64,000 bases of DNA. Origin: Bacteroidia bacterium (GTDB lineage Bacteria; Bacteroidota; Bacteroidia; AKYH767-A; OLB10). How positions within the stretch are numbered: the first letter of the stretch is position 1; each line of letters begins with the position of its first letter. Of the stretch, positions 56,972 through 64,000 are shown in pieces. Under the pieces are notes generated by a model that was given only the letters and a program-made list of their open reading frames with translations, did not search any database and was not told the origin of the DNA. The DNA is taken from assembly GCA_038215705.1 (NCBI GenBank), contig JBBQQQ010000004.1:147382-211381 (forward strand). The letters are read 5' to 3'. Both the position numbers and the translations under genes were made by a program.

Positions 56972-59275
56972 TTATTTGTAATATCCTCCGCCATATCCGG
57001 CTGGAATATTTTTTACATTTACATTATTCAACAGGAAGACCATATGTTTCACATTGTTTTTCTCAACAATCTGGTGAGCAATATCAACGAAATCTTTTTT
57101 AGAGAACCCAGCCTTTAAAACGTAAATGTTCAGATCAGAGAATTTCATCAGCGCAAGTGCATCTGACAGTAATCCTACCGGTGGCGTATCCAGTATCACG
57201 TAATCATACATGGTTTTTAATTCTTTGATCATCTCTTCCAGCATAGGATCAACAATCAGTTCCGAAGCATTCGGGGTGCGCGGACCGGTGAGAATTACCT
57301 GGAGGTTCTCAATTGGAGTTTCCTTAATGATATCAGCTAATCGTGCTTTTCCTACGAGGTAAGAAGTAACACCAACATCATTCTTTAAATTAAATGCATT
57401 CGCCTGTTTAGGTTTATGCAAATCCAAATCAACCAGAACAACTTTTTTCTTGGTCTTCGCCAGTATGGTACCTGTATTGATGGCATTAAATGTTTTTCCT
57501 TCACCTGCCATGGTAGAAGTAAAGAGCACAACTTTACTTGTAGCTTTCGGACTGAAATAGGAGAGGTTTGTACGGACTACGCGATACGATTCACTGGTGA
57601 GTGACTGCGGATATTTATCAACTATGAGGTAATCATCTTTAGCTTCTTTACTTTTTCCAATAACACCAATAACAGGAAGTGTTGATATTTCAGTAAGATC
57701 TTCTTTTGTCTGAATGTAATTATAGAAAATACTTTTAAGGAAAATTAAAAGGAATGCCAATGCAAATCCAATTCCAAATCCTGCCAGGAGGATTTTCTCT
57801 TTAATTGGTTTTTCCAAACCTGTTGTGGTGGCCGGCTCAAGAATTATTTTGTCGGCAACAATACCGGCCTTTTCAATTACTGTTTGCGCTCTTGTTTCAA
57901 GCAGAAACAAATAAATTTTTTCATTGATCTCAACTTTCCTGTTTATGTTAACAAGACCGCGCATGGTGGAAGGCATCTGCCGCATGGCTCCCTGAAATTG
58001 TCCAAGCTGCGACGAAAGCGAATTAATTTTCACAACCAGACTCCTCCGCATATTCATTACACTTGCAATCAGCGACTGGCGAGCAATAGAAATTTGCGCG
58101 TCAATTTCAGTGACTACAGGACTGCTTGGCGTATTGCTGAATAAGAGGTTGGTCTTTCGTTGAATGAGACCATTAAGTTCCATAAAAGCCCCCTGCAAAG
58201 CAGGATCGGGTGCATCACCCAGCATGGAAGGTGAAATAGCCGAAACTTCTGCACCTGTGGTAAGCTGTTCGTAGATATAATCAACCGTACGCAATTGCAT
58301 TGTGTATCGCGCCTGTTCATTTTCGAAATCAACTTTTTGCTGAAGATAAACACCCTGCTCATTTTCCGGGTTCATGGATGCGCGCGATTGCTGAAATTGT
58401 TCCAGGTTCGACTCCACACCATTGAGGATATCTTCAACATCTTTTAACTGGCCGTCGATAAATGCGAGTGTATTTTCATTGATTTCTTTTTGAGTGGAAA
58501 CCGTATTCGCAATATACTGTTCGGTTAGGGTCTTCAGGAAATTCACTGCCTTTTCGGCAACTTCATCTTCAATAAAAATATTAATAACGGTAGCTTCTTC
58601 CTCGTAGGAAAGGCTCAGGGCTTTCTGATATTTTTTAATGAGGTACGATCGGTCATTGATCATGAAAAGGTACTTTGTTTCGCTGATGGTGGTACTGTTT
58701 TTTCCTATGATACTGGAGTCAGGTGTTACCAGCACTGAAAACCGATCGTTAATAACTGCTTCACCAAATTTATGGATGGCACTATAATTCAATCCATTAC
58801 TGTTTACAGAAAGCCTGTAACTTTTCGGATTAATGACACTTACATGAAAAGGAACACCATAATATTCAGGATCAATAACCTTTCCTTCAACCAGGAATGG
58901 CCGGCCTCTATAAATTTCCCCGGTTTTTAAGCGACCTTCAATAAAGTAAGATATATCAAGGTTTAGTTTGGTAATGACTTCATTAATCAGGCTCGATGAA
59001 TACAGCACTTCCACCTCATTGGCAATTTCATCTTTCGACGGACCTGAGGAAAGTGAAGCACTCAGGGCGTCTTTAAACGCGTTTTTCTGCGGTTTGACAA
59101 GTATTTTGGCGGTGGCACCATAATATTTTGTAGCCTTATAAAGATAGAGAACTGAGCCACCGACACCCAATCCCAAAAACAGGATGAACCAATACCAGTT
59201 CTTGAAAACCAGGACGATGGATTTTTTGATATCCTTCTGATCGATAATTGCGTTACTACCGGTAGGTTTACTCAT
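56972..59275 (-). CDS. wzc: polysaccharide co-polymerase / tyrosine autokinase (Wzc/GumC-like)
   Basis: 767 aa with an N-terminal TM, a large periplasmic coiled-coil region and a second TM. The cytoplasmic kinase domain carries Walker A TSTMAGEGKT and a C-terminal Tyr-rich tail (GYGGGYYK). Confidence 0.8.
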   Translation of the reverse strand: MSKPTGSNAIIDQKDIKKSIVLVFKNWYWFILFLGLGVGGSVLYLYKATKYYGATAKILVKPQKNAFKDALSASLSSGPSKDEIANEVEVLYSSSLINEVITKLNLDISYFIEGRLKTGEIYRGRPFLVEGKVIDPEYYGVPFHVSVINPKSYRLSVNSNGLNYSAIHKFGEAVINDRFSVLVTPDSSIIGKNSTTISETKYLFMINDRSYLIKKYQKALSLSYEEEATVINIFIEDEVAEKAVNFLKTLTEQYIANTVSTQKEINENTLAFIDGQLKDVEDILNGVESNLEQFQQSRASMNPENEQGVYLQQKVDFENEQARYTMQLRTVDYIYEQLTTGAEVSAISPSMLGDAPDPALQGAFMELNGLIQRKTNLLFSNTPSSPVVTEIDAQISIARQSLIASVMNMRRSLVVKINSLSSQLGQFQGAMRQMPSTMRGLVNINRKVEINEKIYLFLLETRAQTVIEKAGIVADKIILEPATTTGLEKPIKEKILLAGFGIGFALAFLLIFLKSIFYNYIQTKEDLTEISTLPVIGVIGKSKEAKDDYLIVDKYPQSLTSESYRVVRTNLSYFSPKATSKVVLFTSTMAGEGKTFNAINTGTILAKTKKKVVLVDLDLHKPKQANAFNLKNDVGVTSYLVGKARLADIIKETPIENLQVILTGPRTPNASELIVDPMLEEMIKELKTMYDYVILDTPPVGLLSDALALMKFSDLNIYVLKAGFSKKDFVDIAHQIVEKNNVKHMVFLLNNVNVKNIPAGYGGGYYK

Positions 59276-59541
59276 ATATTAATTTTCTGTAATTGGAATC
59301 AACTTTTACGGTCATTCAATGCATAAAGTTATAAGGATGTTCCACAACTTCAGGCTGATAAACGGGATTTTTCTATGTAATTTTGCACAAAATTAACAAT
59401 TCCCCGGCAGACATATGGTTTCAAACTGATGAACCGGAGTTCTTTCCCGGTGATACCGGGATATTTGCAACTAAATCCGGTTAGAAACGTTAACCCGTAA
59501 CATTTATTGATCAGAACCCTGAATTTACCTTTCTTTAACTC

Positions 59542-60657
59542 ATGAAAACAGCATTAATTACCGGGATAACCGGCCAGGATGGGGCTTACCTTGCAGAATT
59601 GCTTCTCGAAAAAGGATATATGGTGCACGGCATCAAGCGCCGGAGCTCGCTTTTTAATACCCAGCGGGTCGATCACCTTTATCATGATCAGCACGAAAAT
59701 AATGTGCGGTTTAAGATGCACTACGGTGATCTTACCGACTCAACCAATATTATAAGGATCATTCAGGAGGTACAGCCCGATGAAATTTATAACCTGGGTG
59801 CGATGTCGCACGTCAAGGTGAGTTTCGAAACTCCTGAATATACGGCAAATGCCGATGGAATTGGTGCTTTAAGGGTGCTGGAAGCGGTTCGTTTGCTGGG
59901 ACTTACTCAAAAAACTAAAATTTACCAGGCTTCCACTTCTGAATTATATGGTTTGGTGCAGGAAATTCCCCAAAGGGAAACAACCCCATTTTATCCCCGG
60001 TCACCTTATGCCGTGGCAAAATTGTATGCCTATTGGATCATTATCAATTACAGGGAGTCCTACAATATGTTCGCGGTGAACGGAATTTTGTTTAATCATG
60101 AATCACCTCTCCGCGGTGAAACTTTTGTTACCCGTAAAGTTACCAGGGCGGTTGCCCGGATAGCACTCGGTTTGCAGGATTGTGTTTACATGGGTAATAT
60201 TGATGCCAAGCGCGACTGGGGACATGCTAAAGATTACGTGGAAGCGATGTGGATGATGTTGCAAACAGAAAAGCCGGAAGATTTTGTGGTGGCAACCGGT
60301 GTGACAACCACAGTGCGCGAGTTTATTATTAAAGCATTTAATGAAATTGGAGTGGAGCTGGAATTCCAGGGAAAAGAGGAAGAGGAAATTGCAGTTGTAA
60401 AAAATGCGACTAATCCTTTGTATCCTGTGGAGAAAGGCAAAGTGGTGATGAAAATTGATAAAAATTATTACCGTCCGGCTGAAGTGGAAATTCTTATCGG
60501 TGATCCCACCAAAGCCAAAGAAAAATTAGGCTGGGTCCCGAAACACAGTCTTGATGAAATTATTAGTGAAATGGTAAATTATGATCTGAAGTTGTTTAAC
60601 AGGGATAAATATTTACAGCAGGGCGGACATGAGATTATCAATTATCACGAAGGCTGA
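59542..60657 (+). CDS. gmd: GDP-mannose 4,6-dehydratase
   Basis: N-terminal [23 protein letters not shown]. Length 371 aa. Conserved Gmd blocks are present. Confidence 0.9.
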   Translation: MKTALITGITGQDGAYLAELLLEKGYMVHGIKRRSSLFNTQRVDHLYHDQHENNVRFKMHYGDLTDSTNIIRIIQEVQPDEIYNLGAMSHVKVSFETPEYTANADGIGALRVLEAVRLLGLTQKTKIYQASTSELYGLVQEIPQRETTPFYPRSPYAVAKLYAYWIIINYRESYNMFAVNGILFNHESPLRGETFVTRKVTRAVARIALGLQDCVYMGNIDAKRDWGHAKDYVEAMWMMLQTEKPEDFVVATGVTTTVREFIIKAFNEIGVELEFQGKEEEEIAVVKNATNPLYPVEKGKVVMKIDKNYYRPAEVEILIGDPTKAKEKLGWVPKHSLDEIISEMVNYDLKLFNRDKYLQQGGHEIINYHEG

Positions 60658-60710
60658 TACACCACATTGTCAAAATAGTAATTGTACCAACTTCCTAAAT
60701 AGTTTGTAAA

Positions 60711-61664
60711 GTGAATAAAGATTCTAAAATATATGTTGCCGGCCACCGCGGAATGGTGGGTTCAGCAATAGTGAGAAAATTACAGTCGGAAGGTTATAAT
60801 AATCTGGTGCTTCGAACTTCGCAGGAGCTTGACTTACGGAAACAGGAAGCCGTGACAGAATTTTTCAGGGAGGAAAACCCGGAATATGTTTTTCTTGCTG
60901 CAGCAAAAGTGGGTGGAATCGTTGCAAACAATACATACAGGGCCGATTTTTTATATGAAAACCTGATGATCCAATCCAATGTGATCCAGCAGGCTTTTGA
61001 AACAAAGGTTAAAAAATTATTGTTCCTCGGATCGTCCTGCATTTATCCGAAAATGTGTCCTCAGCCTATTAAAGAGGAATATTTACTGACAGGCGCACTT
61101 GAACAGACAAATGAACCGTATGCGATTGCTAAAATTGCAGGACTGAAAATGTGTGAAGCATTCCGTTCACAATACGGTTGCGATTTTATTTCGGTTATGC
61201 CGACCAACCTTTACGGGCCAAACGATAATTACGATTTAAAGAATTCTCACGTGCTGCCCGCGCTCATGCGTAAGTTTTTTGAAGCCATGCGCGATGGAAA
61301 AACAGAAGTTGAGATATGGGGAAGCGGAAAGCCCATGCGTGAATTTCTGCATGTGGATGATCTTGCCGATGCATGTTTTTTCATTATGAATAATTACAGC
61401 GATGCAGGATTTTTGAATATCGGCACCGGCATTGATCTTACCATTGGAGAGTTGGCCGAACTTATTAAAAAGATAAGCGGGTTCAATGGTACGCTTCGCT
61501 TCGATGCGTCGAAACCTGATGGTACTCCACGTAAATTGCTTGATGTAAGCGCCATCCATAACCTGGGCTGGAAGCACAGGATTTCACTCGAGGAAGGAAT
61601 CAGTAAAGTATGGAAGGAAGTTACAGTTAAAGGAGTTTTTGATTCGGCTATGCCGGCTAAATAA
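60711..61664 (+). CDS. fcl: GDP-L-fucose synthase (GDP-4-keto-6-deoxymannose 3,5-epimerase/4-reductase)
   Basis: KIYVAGHRGMVGSAI N-terminus and YAIAKIAG (YxxxK). 317 aa. Confidence 0.9.
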   Translation: MNKDSKIYVAGHRGMVGSAIVRKLQSEGYNNLVLRTSQELDLRKQEAVTEFFREENPEYVFLAAAKVGGIVANNTYRADFLYENLMIQSNVIQQAFETKVKKLLFLGSSCIYPKMCPQPIKEEYLLTGALEQTNEPYAIAKIAGLKMCEAFRSQYGCDFISVMPTNLYGPNDNYDLKNSHVLPALMRKFFEAMRDGKTEVEIWGSGKPMREFLHVDDLADACFFIMNNYSDAGFLNIGTGIDLTIGELAELIKKISGFNGTLRFDASKPDGTPRKLLDVSAIHNLGWKHRISLEEGISKVWKEVTVKGVFDSAMPAK

Positions 61665-61745
61665 TAACCGGCGTCTTCTGAAATTAATTGCCTCCAGGTG
61701 ATTACATCCTGTTGAAAGCAGCATTTCCTATTTTTAACTACCTTA

Positions 61746-63110
61746 GTGCCTTTACAGGATGCTATGTTTCCCCAGTTCACATTACCATGTAACCCGGAAG
61801 AATTTAAAGAACGGGTGCTCGCATTTACCGGTTCCTTTGAGCAGGCTGTTTTTCTTGACAGCAATAAAGGCGCCAGTACCGATATTCCTGAAACAGGTAC
61901 GCGTTACCGTTATATTGCTGCGGCGGATGTTGTAACGTATTCGCATAGTGATCAGCACACCCTAGCAGAGTTACAGGAATTTCTCGAACAGGCACGGCAA
62001 AATGGCGAGTGGGTTTTTGGATCATTTACTTACGATCTCAAAAATAACCTGGAGAAACTTAATTCATCCAATCCCGATCACAACGGATTTCCGCTATTTC
62101 ATTTTTTTTCCGCGAAGCATGTAATCATAGCTATTGAAAATGAAATAACTGTAATCGACCATCGTGACCCGAAAGATTTGTGGAATGACATACTTTCACG
62201 TCCTGCCTTATCAAACGGAGAGGAAATTGCAGTTCCTCCTTCAATTTCATATATTCTTAACCGTGATGCCTATCTCCGAAAGGCAGAGAAATTACTTCAG
62301 CATATACACCGTGGCGATATTTACGAAATTAATTATTGTCATGAAGTGCAGGTTAATGCTGAAGGCATTGATCCGGTGTCGGTTTTCAGAAAAATCAATT
62401 CAATTTCACCCAATCCATTTTCCTGCTATTACCGGAACAACCAACGGCACCTTATTTGTGCCAGTCCCGAGCGGTTTCTTGCCAAAAGAGATAACCGGTT
62501 AATTTCACAACCTATAAAAGGAACTGCCGCAAGAGGTAAGAATGCTGATGAAGATGCGCAAAACAAAGCATTACTTGCATCCAGCGATAAAGAACGATCG
62601 GAAAATATTATGATTGTTGACCTGGTAAGGAATGATCTTTCAAAGGTTGCCGAAAAAGGTTCAGTGCATGTGAAAGAACTATGTGGCGTTTACACCTTTC
62701 CTAAAGTCCACCAGTTAATTTCAACTGTGTGTTGCATAGTAAAACAGGATGTTAATTTTCTAGATATTATTCGTGCACTTTTCCCTATGGGAAGTATGAC
62801 CGGTGCACCAAAAATCAGTGCCATGAAACTGATTGAAGAACATGAAAATTTCAGAAGGTCTTTGTATTCCGGTACCGTAGGCTATATTAACCCTGAAGGA
62901 GATTTTGATTTTAACGTGGTAATACGAAGTATCCTGTTTCAGCAAAATTCAGGACTGGCTACGGTTGCTGCCGGAAGTGCTATTACGGCAGCCAGTGATC
63001 CCGAAAGTGAATATTTGGAAACACTTGTTAAGCTGCGACCTCAACTGGAAGCATTGGGTATTGATGCAGGAAGTTTAATCAGTGAAATTTCGCGAAAACA
63101 TGCTGTTTGA
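61746..63110 (+). CDS. pabB: aminodeoxychorismate synthase component I (chorismate-binding enzyme, PabB/TrpE family)
   Basis: The C-terminal chorismate-binding domain carries PMGSMTGAPK and GYINPEGDFDFNVVIRS. Assigned to PabB rather than TrpE because it stands alone, not in a trp operon. Confidence 0.7.
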   Translation: MPLQDAMFPQFTLPCNPEEFKERVLAFTGSFEQAVFLDSNKGASTDIPETGTRYRYIAAADVVTYSHSDQHTLAELQEFLEQARQNGEWVFGSFTYDLKNNLEKLNSSNPDHNGFPLFHFFSAKHVIIAIENEITVIDHRDPKDLWNDILSRPALSNGEEIAVPPSISYILNRDAYLRKAEKLLQHIHRGDIYEINYCHEVQVNAEGIDPVSVFRKINSISPNPFSCYYRNNQRHLICASPERFLAKRDNRLISQPIKGTAARGKNADEDAQNKALLASSDKERSENIMIVDLVRNDLSKVAEKGSVHVKELCGVYTFPKVHQLISTVCCIVKQDVNFLDIIRALFPMGSMTGAPKISAMKLIEEHENFRRSLYSGTVGYINPEGDFDFNVVIRSILFQQNSGLATVAAGSAITAASDPESEYLETLVKLRPQLEALGIDAGSLISEISRKHAV

Positions 63111-64000
63111 TCGTTTTCAGGATTTCCTGGTTAATAGTTGTAACATCATAAGCGGACAAAAAATTTTGCTCGCCGTCAGTGGGGGAATCGACTCTGTAGT
63201 CATGTTACAACTTTTCAGCAATGCAGGAATACAATGTGCAGTTGCGCACTGTAATTTTCAATTGCGTGGTGATGATTCCGATGGAGATGAAAAATTTGTA
63301 CAGGACATTGCCCGGCAAAATAATTTTCAGTTTCATGTGGCCCGGTTCAATACCGCTGAGGTTGCAGTTTCAAACAAAATTTCCATTCAGATGGCTGCGC
63401 GGCAGCTGCGGTATGAATGGCTGAATAAATTAGCGGAAGAGAATATGTACGATGCAGTTGCTGTAGCGCATCATGCGAACGATGTAGCTGAAACCATGTT
63501 GTTGAACCTGGTTAAAGGTACCGGTCTGGCCGGAATGCATGGCATACGTGCAGTACATGGGAAAATAATTCGTCCATTATTGTTTGCCACCAAAGAGGAA
63601 CTGGTTCATTTTGCGGAAGCGAACGGGATTGTTTGGAGGGAGGATGCCAGTAATTCAGCGGTTCATTACCAGCGCAACCTTATCAGGAATAAAGTCATGC
63701 CTGTACTTGCACAAATTAATCCCGGGTTAACAAACGCCATGTTGCAACACGCAAGGCTGATGAAAGGATATGAAGCTATTTTGGAAAAATTTATTTCTGA
63801 AATGGGTAATGAAATTATTTTAACTTCTTCAACAGGGGTATTCCGTACTCTTGATCTTGTTAAGATCAAATCAACCCCGGATCCGGAAATTGTGTTATAT
63901 CATTTTTTGAGTTTCTGTGAAGCAACAGGATCCCTGTGTGAACAAATTCTTTCATCCACGCAAAGTGGCGCTGTATTTTATTCCGGTGCATTCAAACTGG
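63100..64000 (+). CDS. tilS: tRNA(Ile)-lysidine synthetase TilS (3'-truncated by window end)
   Basis: Open frame from the ATG at 63100 to the window end. It carries the PP-loop LAVSGGIDS, then HCNFQLRG... It overlaps the pabB stop by 11 nt. It is absent from the ORF track because no stop falls inside the window. Confidence 0.8.
   Translation, partial: MLFDRFQDFLVNSCNIISGQKILLAVSGGIDSVVMLQLFSNAGIQCAVAHCNFQLRGDDSDGDEKFVQDIARQNNFQFHVARFNTAEVAVSNKISIQMAARQLRYEWLNKLAEENMYDAVAVAHHANDVAETMLLNLVKGTGLAGMHGIRAVHGKIIRPLLFATKEELVHFAEANGIVWREDASNSAVHYQRNLIRNKVMPVLAQINPGLTNAMLQHARLMKGYEAILEKFISEMGNEIILTSSTGVFRTLDLVKIKSTPDPEIVLYHFLSFCEATGSLCEQILSSTQSGAVFYSGAFKL

Noticed and set aside
1-64000. Numerous 60–160-aa ORFs in the track that lie inside or antisense to the large genes (for example 1412..1648, 12805..13098, 15367..15798, 34119..34589, 52866..53225)
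   Set aside because: All are embedded in strongly supported genes on the other strand or frame. They lack motifs and are best explained as chance ORFs in AT-rich sequence.
1-64000. CRISPR arrays, tRNA/rRNA genes, transposases, integrases and phage genes
   Set aside because: No short direct-repeat/spacer arrays and no cloverleaf-compatible conserved tRNA boxes were seen in intergenic regions. No IS or integrase-like ORFs were seen either. The window appears to be stable chromosome.

Overview
The window is a 64-kb chromosomal segment from a low-GC member of Bacteroidota. The lineage call rests on T9SS C-terminal sorting domains on four secreted proteins, a long insertion-containing IspG, a TAnnTTTG-like -7 promoter element, and the general gene content. 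Coding density is high and the content falls into four blocks.

- **Block 1 (about 1.9–15.4 kb, + strand):** a complete molybdenum-cofactor (bis-MGD) biosynthesis set: moaD, moaA, moeA, mobA, moeB fused to rhodanese, moaE, and a moaC-mog fusion. It is interleaved with formate–tetrahydrofolate ligase (fhs), fdhD, and an NAD-dependent formate dehydrogenase made of a fused gamma-beta subunit and a Cys-type alpha subunit. A TSUP-family transporter sits inside the Moco operon.
- **Block 2 (16–21 kb):** housekeeping genes: sugE, an S41 tail-specific protease, ferritin and ispG. A Fur-box-like palindrome lies upstream of ispG.
- **Block 3 (21–29.5 kb):** four genes for T9SS-secreted proteins: a metallophosphoesterase, a Kelch propeller, a frameshifted adhesin-like gene with about seven tandem 180-nt repeats, and a 727-aa surface protein. 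An orphan all-helical 475-aa protein follows.
- **Block 4 (31–61.7 kb):** a large cell-surface polysaccharide region.
  - It opens with a cassette of a GT-C membrane glycosyltransferase, a soluble GT2 polyprenyl-phosphate sugar synthase, a DprE2-like SDR, a DprE1-like FAD oxidase and an FkbM methyltransferase. This looks like a lipid-linked sugar 2'-epimerisation and transfer system, a D-arabinofuranose-donor-like pathway outside Actinobacteria.
  - It is interrupted by rnc, fabF, acpP and purN.
  - It continues with an EPS/O-antigen operon of about 20 kb on the minus strand: a Wzc tyrosine kinase, an ABC exporter, an alpha/alpha-toroid protein, wecB, a FemAB-like protein, several GT4s, Wzy, asnB, an acetyltransferase and a GT2. 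A divergent gmd and fcl pair (GDP-fucose) follows.

The window ends with pabB and a 3'-truncated tilS. I found no rRNA, tRNA, CRISPR array, transposase or integrase.
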